Assembly: GCA_965217895.1 (NCBI GenBank) | Contig: CBDCJV010000002.1 | Coordinates: forward strand, 3,488,001-3,552,000 | DNA length: 64,000 bases | Direction: 5' to 3' | Origin: Waterburya sp. | GTDB lineage: Bacteria > Cyanobacteriota > Cyanobacteriia > Cyanobacteriales > Xenococcaceae | In this document: piece by piece, positions 1 to 10,633 of the stretch | How positions within the stretch are numbered: position 1 is the stretch's first letter | How the letters are laid out: each line of letters begins with the position of its first letter | Made by a program: the position numbers and the translations under genes | Notes under the pieces: model-generated | What the model saw: the letters and a program-made list of their open reading frames with translations, nothing else | Told to the model about the DNA's origin: nothing | Database searches by the model: none

Positions 1-453
1 TGGTGGTCTAATTTGGCAGACAAAGAAATTAATTGGCAACAGCGATTAATACCTAGTGATAATGATTTACAAAAAATTGATTGGCAGCCACAGAAGTTTG
101 ATGAAATATTTGTTTTGCAGACACCGCAACTAAGGGGAATTACGCTTTTTTGGCGTACCGAAAAAATTGCCGACGAACGCAATATCACTCCTAGTAAGCT
201 TCAGCTAGATTTAAACCAGCAACAGCTTTATATTTTTCCCCAATCTCAATCTCAGGTAGCGATCAAGATTAATGTACCAGAATTGATTTATCAAAAGCTT
301 AATTTAGTAAATCCGCAAATCGCAGCAACAACCAAAGATGATGGCGGAATTTTACTGCTACGGGATGCAGCACAAAAATTGGAAATTAAAGTTATCTTAG
401 GCAGTGAACAATTAAATCAATTACTCGATCGCTTCAAAACAACAGACAATTAA
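1..453 (+). CDS. Hypothetical protein, probably 5'-partial
   Basis: ORF 13..453; the frame is open back to base 1; no recognisable motif. Confidence 0.55.
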   Translation, partial: WWSNLADKEINWQQRLIPSDNDLQKIDWQPQKFDEIFVLQTPQLRGITLFWRTEKIADERNITPSKLQLDLNQQQLYIFPQSQSQVAIKINVPELIYQKLNLVNPQIAATTKDDGGILLLRDAAQKLEIKVILGSEQLNQLLDRFKTTDN

Positions 454-516
454 TCAACAGTTAGGAGGGAGCTTGTTCCACACCCGCGTAGGAAGAAGTC
501 AACGCAGCAGTACTAG

Positions 517-1527
517 CTACTTATAGCTTTTCCAGCATATTCCTGCGGCGATCGCTTCTGCTGAGATGCTAATCAGACGATATAGTGCCACTGCTGCTAT
601 TTCTGCGGGAAACTGAGAATTATCTAAAAGACTATAAGCGGTAACTTCAAATACTCCCAAGCCTCCTGGTGCGCCAGGTACAACCAAACCCAACAGCCAA
701 GCAAAGCTAAAGGCACTGGTCAATTGAGAAATCTGCTGCCAAGTCACAGACTGCAATGCCATAAAAGTCAGCATAAATCCCGTTGCTCTAAAGATTACAA
801 ATCCGATTTCCCCTAGAAAAGGAATAAAAGGATATCGGTCTAATTTAATAGCTTGGGCTGCGGAGGCATCAGCTTTGTTTTTGCTATAGCTCAATCGGTG
901 TAAGAGTTGATTGAGAATGAAGGGATGTATGGCGATTAGCACTGCTATTAAGCTTGCCAAACTTAAAATCTTAATTGCAGATAGCAAAAACTGAGAATCG
1001 ACATTAATTGCTAGCCAGCTTAATTTACTAGTAACTAAATCAACAATCTTTAAAACGAATAATGAAATTGGCGAATTTATATCCTTTGACAAAATCAATC
1101 CGCTACTGGTTAAACCAACAAATAAAGCTGCTGCTGCCATTAATAATGGCTCTAATAAAACACAAAGAGTTGCAGCACCCCTAGAGCCACCTTTGCGCCC
1201 GACGGCGGTTATTCTGCCGTAAAAATGCCAAATATTACCTGGGGAATATTTAGCAATATTGGTTAATAGATAAACTCTAATACCTTCTTTTCTGCTTAAA
1301 GGCTGTTGAAAAATTTTGATAATCCATGTCCATATCCAGCCAGACCAAACATGAGCGCAGATAGTTATGATTAATGCTCCTATCAACATTAGCCAGCCTT
1401 GGGCATCGATCCTAAGCGTGGCAACTTCTATAAAACGATCTTTGAGTGTTTTGGTTAAGAAAAATAATATTCCTCCTAAAATAAACCAGCGTAGATAAGG
1501 TTTAATTCGAGCAAGAATTTGTTTCAT
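517..1527 (-). CDS. Lysylphosphatidylglycerol synthase TM / UPF0104 (YbhN-like) flippase-family membrane protein
   Basis: Multiple TM helices; KYSPGNIW and PGAPGGLGVFE motifs. Confidence 0.75.
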   Translation of the reverse strand: MKQILARIKPYLRWFILGGILFFLTKTLKDRFIEVATLRIDAQGWLMLIGALIITICAHVWSGWIWTWIIKIFQQPLSRKEGIRVYLLTNIAKYSPGNIWHFYGRITAVGRKGGSRGAATLCVLLEPLLMAAAALFVGLTSSGLILSKDINSPISLFVLKIVDLVTSKLSWLAINVDSQFLLSAIKILSLASLIAVLIAIHPFILNQLLHRLSYSKNKADASAAQAIKLDRYPFIPFLGEIGFVIFRATGFMLTFMALQSVTWQQISQLTSAFSFAWLLGLVVPGAPGGLGVFEVTAYSLLDNSQFPAEIAAVALYRLISISAEAIAAGICWKSYK

Positions 1528-1558
1528 TGAGTAAATTGTTAATTACCTATTACCTCAA

Positions 1559-4129
1559 TCAATTGCCCAGTTTACGATCGATTCTCTCTAAAGCTTGATT
1601 TGCTGCTTGCCAATTTGGCTTTGAATTTACTGCTTTTTGATAGTATTCTTTAGCTGTTTGATACTGTTGTAAATATTCGGCGACTGAGCCTTTACCATAC
1701 CAAGCTTCATGATAATCAGGATTAATGGCTAATGCCCGATCATAAGAATCTATAGCTTGAGTATATAGTTGGTTAGATTTTTGCACATTGCCTAACCCAA
1801 TCAAGGCAGGCAAATAATCTGGTTTAACAGCTAATGCCTCTAGATAAGCCTCTGATGCCTGTTGATTGTCCCCTTTTTCAAAGTACAGTTTGCCTAAATT
1901 ATTCCAGGAAACAAAACTTTTATCTGGGTCTAAGGCGATCGCTTTTTGAAAATCAGCTATGGCTTTGTCTATTCGCCCTAAACGGGTATAGGTTTCACCA
2001 CGATTGTTCCACAACCAGACATTTTCAGGAGCAATCTCAATAGCTTGATTATACGCTGCGATCGCCAAATCATATTTTTCAAGACTATACAGAGTTAAAG
2101 CTTTACAATTCCATAGCTGAGGACTTTGGTAGTATTTTAAAGCTATGTCACAAGTACTCAAAGCTGCTTGATAGTCCCCCAGTTGTCTTTGTGCCTTGGC
2201 TTTTTTTAACCAAACTTGTTCAAAATTTCTTACCTGTCCTTTAGTATTTGGTAATCTTCCCAGTCCACTATCGTAATAGTCAATAGCTGCTTGATATTGA
2301 TTTTTGTCTAACTTAGTATCACCGCGATAAAACTCCAAAATTGCCGCCCTTTGACTGTATTGAGTCCAGCCATATAAAATTCCAAAAAACAAGATAGGAG
2401 CGATGAGCAGGTATTTATATAATCCTCTAAATTTAGATTTGTGCTTGATTTTTTTGAGGTCTTTAACTACTCGATTTACCGATTGATATCGTTGATTTTG
2501 ATCTAGATAGATCATTTTATCGAGGATTTTGGCAAAGCTAGGACTAATTCTGGCTTTTCGGTGCCACAATATCTCTCCCGTGCGAGGATTTTTTTCTAAA
2601 TTTTGCGGTGAAGTTCCCGTTAATACATGAATAGCAGTCATGCCAAGGGCATAAATATCGCTTGCAGAAGTAGGACTATTAGCAATTTGCTCTGGAGGAA
2701 TATAGCCAGTTTTGCTTTCAGGAATTGAATTGATAGCTTCATTAACTAAATTAAAATCAACCAAAGTAATTTTATTATCTTTGTGTCGTCTAATTAGGCT
2801 AGAAGGTCTAATATTGCCATGAATAAATTGCTGTTTGTGGAATGGACGTAAAGCAGTAGCAGCATTAATTAGAATCTCAACTACTTCAGTTTCTGAAAGG
2901 ATAAACTGATCCTCAATAATTTGAGCTAAGTTTTTCCCTTCTACATATTCTTGAACAATATAAACTCTTGATTCATCAATAAAATATTCAATGACCTCTG
3001 GAGTTTTTTTATCATTATCAATAGCCGATAAATTACTAAAGCCGATCATTATCTCTTGATTCATTTCTGCTATTGAAGATTCTCCCAATTGCAGAGGTTG
3101 TAAAATTTCTAAATAATATCTAAGTTCACTTTCTTCTAAACTATTAGCTACATAAGAGTGTGTTTCTTTTCTGCCACCTAGGTACTTAGCTATTTGATAT
3201 TTATCGGCAATAGTTTTGCCGATCATTTCTAATGGTTGAAGATCGCGCAATACTTCTTCGGCACTGATGTAACGTTGTGAAGGATTACCAGCAGTCATGC
3301 GATTGATAATCTTCAAAAAAGCTTCACTAATGGCTATTTTTTTATTCCAGACAGTCACACCACTAGCTTCAGCTTCCTCCCACTCTATAGGCGACTTATT
3401 GGTCATGCCAAAAATAGCTGTTTTACCTAAAGCAAAGATATCGCTACTGTAGATTGGCTTGCCGTTATTTTGCTCTGGGGGCATATACCCTGGAGTACCA
3501 ATAATTTGGGTTTTAATCTGCTGTTTGCTGGTATCAAAAGCTAAAGTGCCTATTTCTTTAACTGCACCAAAATCAATCAGGATCATCTTGCCATCTTGTT
3601 TACGTCTGATTAAATTGGATGGCTTAATATCGCGATGAATAACACCTTGCTGGTGAACAAACTTGAGTATTTCTAAAACATCAAATAAAAATTGAATTGC
3701 CTGAGCTTCATTTAATATTTGTCGATGGGCTTCCTGCTCAAATTCTTCGCCTTCAATAAATTCTAAAGCTAGATAAAATTGTTTTTTTTCTTCAAAATGA
3801 CCAATAAACCGAGGAATTTGATCGTGTTTACCTAGCCACTGCAAAACCATCGCTTCTGTTGCCAACCTCTCTTTGGCACTTTCCCATACGGCAGAAGTGT
3901 TAAATCTTGGCTGTAGTTGTTTAACAGCGCATTTGTGTTCACCTGCTAATTGTCTGTCTAAAGCCAAATAGGTGGTAGCAAATCCTCCACTACCTAATTC
4001 TCTGACAATAGAAAACCTTTCGTTTAATATATCTCCTGATTTAAGAGTTTTGTAGCCATACTCAGTATTTCGTTCAGAGTTTAAGTCTTCGGATTGAGAA
4101 ATAGGAATAGTGAAATCTGAATCTGACAT
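1559..4129 (-). CDS. Ser/Thr protein kinase with a second, degenerate kinase domain, a TM helix and C-terminal TPRs
   Basis: GSGGFA, HRDIKPSN, DFG, GTPGYMPPE; second domain has HGNIRPSS/DFN; TPR repeats; likely ATG at 4129. Confidence 0.9.
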   Translation of the reverse strand: MSDSDFTIPISQSEDLNSERNTEYGYKTLKSGDILNERFSIVRELGSGGFATTYLALDRQLAGEHKCAVKQLQPRFNTSAVWESAKERLATEAMVLQWLGKHDQIPRFIGHFEEKKQFYLALEFIEGEEFEQEAHRQILNEAQAIQFLFDVLEILKFVHQQGVIHRDIKPSNLIRRKQDGKMILIDFGAVKEIGTLAFDTSKQQIKTQIIGTPGYMPPEQNNGKPIYSSDIFALGKTAIFGMTNKSPIEWEEAEASGVTVWNKKIAISEAFLKIINRMTAGNPSQRYISAEEVLRDLQPLEMIGKTIADKYQIAKYLGGRKETHSYVANSLEESELRYYLEILQPLQLGESSIAEMNQEIMIGFSNLSAIDNDKKTPEVIEYFIDESRVYIVQEYVEGKNLAQIIEDQFILSETEVVEILINAATALRPFHKQQFIHGNIRPSSLIRRHKDNKITLVDFNLVNEAINSIPESKTGYIPPEQIANSPTSASDIYALGMTAIHVLTGTSPQNLEKNPRTGEILWHRKARISPSFAKILDKMIYLDQNQRYQSVNRVVKDLKKIKHKSKFRGLYKYLLIAPILFFGILYGWTQYSQRAAILEFYRGDTKLDKNQYQAAIDYYDSGLGRLPNTKGQVRNFEQVWLKKAKAQRQLGDYQAALSTCDIALKYYQSPQLWNCKALTLYSLEKYDLAIAAYNQAIEIAPENVWLWNNRGETYTRLGRIDKAIADFQKAIALDPDKSFVSWNNLGKLYFEKGDNQQASEAYLEALAVKPDYLPALIGLGNVQKSNQLYTQAIDSYDRALAINPDYHEAWYGKGSVAEYLQQYQTAKEYYQKAVNSKPNWQAANQALERIDRKLGN

Positions 4130-4418
4130 GGCATATCTGAAACACAAGATTTTTAAATTGTAGCGAACATCGTTAAAAGATTGAACCTACTTTAAATTGC
4201 AGTTAGCTGTAGTATACAGGGGAATCTTATACTTAATTTATTTAGCCTTAGTAATTTGCTGTATAAAACTGGAGCGTCATACTTTAATTTTCCTGACTAT
4301 TTGAAATATAAAAGTTCAGGTTAACGATAAAATTATTATCTAGCCCCGTATACAAATTAGCTTTTTAGCTTTCACTTTAATCGCTTTTATAGTTTACTAT
4401 CGCCAACTTTCTGAGATT

Positions 4419-4592
4419 ATGACATTTCTTCGCCAATATATAGCACCTTTAGCTGTACTGATAATTTTTTTGCTAGCTTTATTTGCAGTGAGCGCCCGTA
4501 TCTTCTTACCTTCTGATATGGCTGCTCCTGCTCCAGTTGCATTAGATGATTTGAGTGTCATCATGCACCAAATTAGCTCAAATATATTTTAG
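4419..4592 (+). CDS. 57-aa small membrane protein, not in the ORF track
   Basis: ATG 4419 to TAG 4592: MTFLRQYIAPLAVLIIFLLALFAVSARIFLPSDMAAPAPVALDDLSVIMHQISSNIF; one hydrophobic helix. Confidence 0.7.
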   Translation: MTFLRQYIAPLAVLIIFLLALFAVSARIFLPSDMAAPAPVALDDLSVIMHQISSNIF

Positions 4593-5026
4593 AGATATTG
4601 CCAAATAAAGTGTGAACCGAAAAGAGTACTGTTAGTAGCTTTAAGCTAAGAGCTACTAGCTCGTAATTCAATACTTCTCGGTTGACATTTGTTGGGAAGA
4701 TTTGAATTTAGCTCTGTTTGGTTGTTGTTAAGCTTAATTAAAGATTTATAGTTGACTAACTACCACCATTTTCGTAATTCAGCGTCTCCAACTTTTTTAT
4801 CTTTCATCTGCATCAAAAGCCTATCATTTACCAGCAAATTTGAGCTTCCTTTTTTACTACTATAAATTTATTCTTCTCTTCCAAAAATATTATCAATTTT
4901 AATACCTTTGTTATATCCTTATGTTGATTCTTGACTAAACCCCTTGTAGAACTTCGGCAGGCTTAGACCCGTTTGGCGCGACAAATTAGACTAGCCTAAA
5001 TAATATTCAGCTTGGTATTTTAATAA

Positions 5027-5128
5027 CTACAGCAATCTATTTCATTTGTGAACAGTTAAATCTCGATGTCGGGAACAGGGAACAGGGAACAGGGAACAAA
5101 AATTTCACGATTCATTTAGGATTGCTAT
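5027..5128. repeat. Small inverted-repeat element enclosing a (GGGAACA)x4 heptamer tandem repeat
   Basis: tacagcaatc...gtgaa and ttcac...gattgctata imperfect inverted ends; GGGAACA x4 at 5071-5098. Confidence 0.7.
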
Positions 5129-5151
5129 ATTATTTTTTACTTTCTAATTTC

Positions 5152-6424
5152 ATGAGCAAAAAAAAAGAAACTACGGTTTTACTATTGTCATTATTAATTA
5201 CGGTCAGCGCAATAGGTGGTGGTTTGTGGTGGCTGACTCAAGATAAACAGTCTTCAAACCCAACCAGAACTGTTTAATCTGCGGGAAAACCTCAGTCTCT
5301 CAAATCGACTTTTGATCGAGAACAAATTGGTACAGGAGATAAACTTTTAATTAGTCAAGATACTACTTTCCAAAAGCAAAAAGCAGTACAGGCGATCGCA
5401 AAAGCTGATTACCCTCAAGCAGTATCTCAATTGGAGCAATCATTAAAAGTAAAGCGTAACGATCCCGAAGCTCTTATTTATCTTACATAATGCGCGTATT
5501 GGTAGCAACAAAGCCTATAGTATTGCTGCACCTGTTCGAGTAGGCACAGATATGACTACAGCTAAAGAAATACTAAGAGGTGTGGCGCAAGCACAGGATG
5601 AAATTAATCAGCAAGGAGGAATCAATGGTGTTCCTTTAAAAGTAATCATTGCCAATGATGATAATAATCCTGAATCTGCTAAGGAAATTGCCCAAAACTT
5701 CGTTAAAAGTAAAGATATTCTGGGGGTAGTAGGGCATTTTTCCAGTGGAGTTAGTTTAGCTGCTGCACCGATTCACCAAAAAAACGGCTTGGTTGCTGTT
5801 TCTCCTACTAGTACTTCAGTTGCTTTATCTAATATGGGCAATTATCTCTTTCGTACTGTACCAAGCGATCGCTTTAGTGGCAATACCCTATCTAAATATA
5901 TGCTGGAAAAACTCAACCAGCCAAAGGCTGCGGTTGTTTATAATTCTCAAAGTGACTATAGCAAATCCCTAAAAGATGCTTTTACCACCAATTCGGTTGG
6001 CGACGGCGGGGAAATCGTTAGCGAAATTGATTTATCCCAAGGGAATTTTAATCCAGTCGAGACGTTGCAATCAGTAGCTAACAACGGTGCAGAAGTATTA
6101 GTCTTTCTTAATGATTTGACGACATTAGACAAAGCATTTTTGTTGATGCAGCTAAACAATCGTCAATTGCCAATGTTAGCAGGAGATAGCTTCTATCGAC
6201 CTCAAACCCTACAAAATTTAGGCGAAAAAGCACTTGGCTTAGTTGTCAGCGTACCTTGGCACATTTTGGGCAATACTAACTCCAATTTTCCTAATGCTGC
6301 CCGTCGTTTATGGGGAGGAGATGTTAGCTGGCGAACAGCTATGGCTTATGATGCTACCAAGGCTTTAGCTGCTGGTTTAACCAATAATCCTAGTCGTCAA
6401 GGAATAGCTGTTTCTATATGGTGA
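5152..6424 (+). pseudogene. Branched-chain amino acid (LivJ-like) ABC substrate-binding protein, disrupted
   Basis: ATG 5152 (MSKKKETTVLLLSLL); in-frame TAA 5275-5277; frameshift near 5485 (NDPEALIYL|NARIG); ORF 5552..6424 has GVVGHFSS, FRTVPSD and AYDA; ends abruptly before the IS. Confidence 0.8.
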
Positions 6425-6554
6425 GCAAATTGCTCACCACTTCTTTTACTCAGTTATTAGTTTTTAGTTGTTAGTTATTAGCCCTTTTGTGTCAGTTTCC
6501 GATAATTAAACTATAATAGAAAAAGTACTTGGTAGCTGTGAGGTAGATAGGGTA

Positions 6555-7819
6555 ATGGATGTAGAACTACAGATTCTCAGACATTTAAAAAGAGATCCTC
6601 GACCAACCGTTTCCCTCGTCGATCAATATTGCTCTGCTTATAATGACTTGTTTTCTGATGTGAGAAGCTATGAATGTTTTAAATATTTACATCAAGGAAT
6701 AATCTCACCAATTAAGCGTAAATCATTACCTGAAATAGCGAAAGTTGTTGGAGTATCTTCGCCCCAATCATTGCATCATTTCTTGGCTTCTTGATGCAGT
6801 CGCTCATGGGGGAAACCCCCACCGCAAGCGTGGAATAAGCTGCTTGCGAAGCAGCATTACCGCTTGCAAAGACCGCGCTGCATCGCTAATTCACCTTGGT
6901 CGGTAGAAGAATTAAGAACCAAAAGACTGAACTCAACTCGGAAGGTATTGAAAGACCAAGAAATTACATTAGTAATAGATGAAACAGGAGATCGAAACAA
7001 AGGCAAAAAAACTGACTATGTGGCGAGGCAATATCTTGGTAGTGTAGGCAAAGTAGATAACGGCATTGTTTCTGTCAACGCCTATGGAGTCTATGAAAAT
7101 ATCACTTTTCCTCTAATGTTTAAAGTTTTCAAAATTAGAGAAATACAAACTACCCTGGGTCTTGGCAATTAGAAGCAACCAAGGGGTCTGGCTGTCCTCC
7201 GAGCAAAAAGTTAGAGCAAATAAGTGGTGCAAATTCACAAGAACTTTTAGCGATCAATCATCTGAAACTAGATAGATCAGAGAAATAATTTATGGCAAAC
7301 GGAATAAAAGAACTTATTGGGAAGTAACCAGCGATCCTGAAACTATGCCCGAAAATTCGACTTATGAGTGTGATGACTAATCTACAATTAAGCCGAAGTA
7401 AAATGAAGAAGACTTTGGGCAACTTGTACGGATTAAGAACGTGGGTTGAATATGGATTTAGACAATGCAAACAAGAACTGGGATGGACTCATTATCGATT
7501 CACTAATTTTCAGGAGATTGAAAAATGGTGGTCAATAATTTTTTCAGCTTACTGGATGGTTAGTTCTTACTCTAAAGTCTTATATGACTTAAGTTTAATT
7601 CAAGAGCGTGTTAGTGATTTTTCTCTTCATCTACAATGGTCGAATAAAGGGGGATGGAAGACTACTTTAAATAATCTACGTTTAATCATTCAACCAACAA
7701 TTGTATTCTGGATGATTATTCCCTGGTTAGACATTTTTCCTAACCGTTCTTTACTACTTGGTTTTCATCGACTCATCGCTACGATGAATCAATTCTCTTT
7801 CTATTTGCCTGATGGTTAA
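6555..7819 (+). pseudogene. IS701-family transposase, fragmented
   Basis: Fragments 6555..6794, 6864..7172 (VIDETGD, VARQYLGSVGKVDNG) and 7364..7819 (RTWVEYGFRQCKQELGW); repeat insertion at 6792-6887 and frameshifts. Confidence 0.85.
6792..6887. repeat. Nested small dispersed repeat (GGGGGAAACCCCC hairpin family) inserted in the IS701 transposase
   Basis: tgatgcagtcgct...gggggaaacccc...cgcgctgcatcgct; same outer shell in reverse at 59118-59211. Confidence 0.75.
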
Positions 7820-7974
7820 ATCTTTTTTCTACTACTCTTTAAACTCGGAAACTGACAAAAGAGGGCTATAGAAGATATCTATAGTACTCATCGTCTTTAC
7901 TATATTTTTTGAATCAACACAGAAGCCTATAATAATCACAACAAGCAACATTTCAAGATTCTGGAGAAATTCTT

Positions 7975-8973
7975 ATGGCGCGGATGTATTACGATGAAGA
8001 TGCCAACTTAGACCTACTTAAAGATAAAACGGTAGCAATTATTGGCTATGGTTCTCAGGGACACGCCCACGCTCTAAACCTCAAAGATAGCGGTGTAAAC
8101 GTAATTGTTGGCCTATATCCTTCAAGTAAATCAAAAGCCAAAGCAGAAGCCAATGGTTTAAAAGTTCATTCTGTAGACGATGCAGCAAAAGCAGCGGATC
8201 TAATTATGATTCTGCTACCAGATGAGGTTCAAAGGCAAGTTTATACCGAGCAAATTGCACCACACTTAACAGACGGTAAAATGTTAGCCTTTGCTCACGG
8301 GTTCAATATTCACTTTGGTCAAATTGTTCCTCCTAGCACGGTAGACGTGATGATGGTTGCACCAAAAGGGCCTGGACATTTAGTTAGACGTACTTATACT
8401 CAAGGACAGGGTGTACCTTGTCTGTTTGCAGTTTATCAAGATGCAACTGGTCAAGCACGCGATCGCGCTATGGCTTATGCTAAAGGTGTAGGTGGCACAA
8501 GAGCAGGTATCTTAGAAACCTCCTTTAGAGAAGAAACCGAAACAGATTTATTTGGCGAACAGGCTGTTCTTTGTGGTGGCTTGAGTGCCTTAATCAAAAC
8601 TGGTTTTGAAACCTTAGTTGAAGCGGGCTATCAGCCAGAATTAGCTTATTTTGAATGTCTGCACGAAGTTAAGCTAATTGTCGATTTAATTGTCGAAGGT
8701 GGTTTAGCCAAGATGCGCGACAGCATTTCCAATACGGCCGAATATGGTGACTATACCCGTGGTCCGAGAATAGTTAACGAAAGTACTCGCGCGGAGATGC
8801 GTAAAATTCTCCGAGAAATTCAACAGGGAGACTTTGCCAGAGACTTTATTCTCGAAAACCAAGCTGGTAAGCCTGGATTTACTGCTACTCGCCGTTTAGA
8901 ATCAGAGCATCCTATCGAAGAAGTAGGTAAAGATGTTCGCGCTCACTTTAGCTGGCTTAAAAATGACCAGTAA
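7975..8973 (+). CDS. ilvC: Ketol-acid reductoisomerase
   Basis: [34 protein letters not shown]. Confidence 0.98.
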   Translation: MARMYYDEDANLDLLKDKTVAIIGYGSQGHAHALNLKDSGVNVIVGLYPSSKSKAKAEANGLKVHSVDDAAKAADLIMILLPDEVQRQVYTEQIAPHLTDGKMLAFAHGFNIHFGQIVPPSTVDVMMVAPKGPGHLVRRTYTQGQGVPCLFAVYQDATGQARDRAMAYAKGVGGTRAGILETSFREETETDLFGEQAVLCGGLSALIKTGFETLVEAGYQPELAYFECLHEVKLIVDLIVEGGLAKMRDSISNTAEYGDYTRGPRIVNESTRAEMRKILREIQQGDFARDFILENQAGKPGFTATRRLESEHPIEEVGKDVRAHFSWLKNDQ

Positions 8974-9080
8974 TGAAAATAATGCTTTAAATTTATATTT
9001 TTGAGGCAAAAAAATCGGTTGACGTTACAATTTCCTCCCGTAATTAATTAACATAACAATTGATAAAACCTATAAACCTA

Positions 9081-9258
9081 GTAGGGGCGAATCGCCTTTC
9101 GGGTTCGACATCGGAAAGCATTCCCTTGCGCCTTGCGTCGGCGCGGGGTCTTTCCTCAGTTTGCTTATGTCGGTGAAACCGCAAGTCGAGCATTCCCTTG
9201 CGTCTTGCGCCGACGCGGGATCTCGGCCCACCGCAACTGTCTCACGAATCGCCCCTAC
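9081..9258. repeat. REP palindrome split by nested GC-rich repeat insertions
   Basis: gtaggggcga...tcgcccctac ends; two internal copies of agcattcccttgcgYcttgcgYcgRcgcggg. Confidence 0.75.
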
Positions 9259-9268
9259 TAATTCTGAA

Positions 9269-9463
9269 TTAAAGCATAGGTTCTTTGTTCAAATGAACAT
9301 CAATAATTTCCTTGCGAGGTAACAAACCAATCAAAAAATCATTAATATTGGTTTTTAATTGTTGACTACCACTACTATATGGTTGAGGTAAAAACAAGTC
9401 TCCAGCCATAATAAAAGTAACTGAAACAGTCAAACAAAATTCAACAAATAATTTCCAACGCAT
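9269..9463 (-). CDS. Small hypothetical membrane protein
   Basis: 64-aa ORF with an N-terminal hydrophobic segment and GDLFLPQP. Confidence 0.55.
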   Translation of the reverse strand: MRWKLFVEFCLTVSVTFIMAGDLFLPQPYSSGSQQLKTNINDFLIGLLPRKEIIDVHLNKEPML

Positions 9464-9655
9464 TTTTGTTAAACCAAATTTTGAATTTAATCGTCCTTAA
9501 ATAGCAGATTAAGCGATTATTTAGAAATATATAAAAGCTCGATGAATTAAGGCTTGTAATACTCTAAGTTTAATTACTTTAATATTAAATAACTTCAGTA
9601 TTCATACTAAATAAATTAGCTTCTATATAAATAAAACTTAAGAGTTTTCCCCAAT

Positions 9656-9687
9656 AAAAAACCGCTCCTAGAAACAACTAGAAGCGG
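9656..9687 (-). terminator. Rho-independent terminator downstream of the BI-1 gene
   Basis: Minus strand ccgcttctag-loop-ctaggagcgg followed by a T run. Confidence 0.7.
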
Positions 9688-9738
9688 AGAAGTAATTTAT
9701 TCAACAAATATGCAATAGGCTTAATCTATTACTGTAAA

Positions 9739-10467
9739 TTAATCACGACTATTCATCGCCAGCAATAAACGCAGAATAAATACAAATAGATTGATGTAAG
9801 TAAGATACATCGAGAGTGCAGCAGGTAAATACTGTTCGTCTTTATAGGTGCGAGGTAAGATATAAAAATCTACCACAGCCACACCTGCAAACAAAGCCAC
9901 ACCTAAACCAGAGATAGCTACTTCTAGCCAGCTTGGAGTATAAACACCAAATAGAGAAAGAAGTAATTGTCCTACTAAGACAACTAATAAAGCAGTAACA
10001 CCGAGACGTACTGTTTGTGCGAGAGCCAAACCGTCTTCGTCGCTGAGGTTTGAGCCGATTTTGCGCCCAACTATAAAGGTGACACCACAGCCAAGGGCAG
10101 CAATTCCTACACCCTGTATACCTACCCCTGAATTACTAAGAGCGAGATGAACGATACCACTAAGGGTATATCCCGATAAAAGACTATAAAGAGCTAATAA
10201 AGGTAAAGCGGTACTGTTGTTTCCCTGGTTCGCCACTCCACGAGCCACAAAGAAAAGAACTAACTCGGCAATCATTGCCCCAATAAAGGTGGGCATGAAT
10301 AAATCTGGACGAGAAGCAATTACGCCTAAACCGCCATAAGTTCCTAAAGCAGTTAACACCAAACCACCACCTAAATAAGGTAAAGCGTTGGGAATTACAT
10401 TTGGTCCGAGGATCTCCTGTCCTTGAACCTCCTGCATTGCTTTTCTAAAATTACTACTACTACTCAT
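9739..10467 (-). CDS. Bax inhibitor-1/YccA family membrane protein
   Basis: About 7 TM helices; C-terminal AALSMYLTYINLF. Confidence 0.85.
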   Translation of the reverse strand: MSSSSNFRKAMQEVQGQEILGPNVIPNALPYLGGGLVLTALGTYGGLGVIASRPDLFMPTFIGAMIAELVLFFVARGVANQGNNSTALPLLALYSLLSGYTLSGIVHLALSNSGVGIQGVGIAALGCGVTFIVGRKIGSNLSDEDGLALAQTVRLGVTALLVVLVGQLLLSLFGVYTPSWLEVAISGLGVALFAGVAVVDFYILPRTYKDEQYLPAALSMYLTYINLFVFILRLLLAMNSRD

Positions 10468-10633
10468 GATCTAAAATTTATATTTACACTTTTATGTTGC
10501 TGATTAATATTGATTCTAATTCAACTAGCAATTTTAAGGTGTGGGAAGATTACCGAATCTTTGAGTTTCTTCTGTTAAAGATTAATAAAAACTCAGAAAC
10601 CAGATATATTGAGTTAATTCTAATCTTGTGAGC

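Larger units (their letters stand above)
6479..7868 (+). mobile_element. IS701-family insertion sequence, decayed
   Basis: Terminal IRs tagcccttttgtgtcagtttccga (6479-6502) and tcggaaactgacaaaagagggcta (7845-7868), 22/24 match; transposase fragments inside. Confidence 0.85.
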
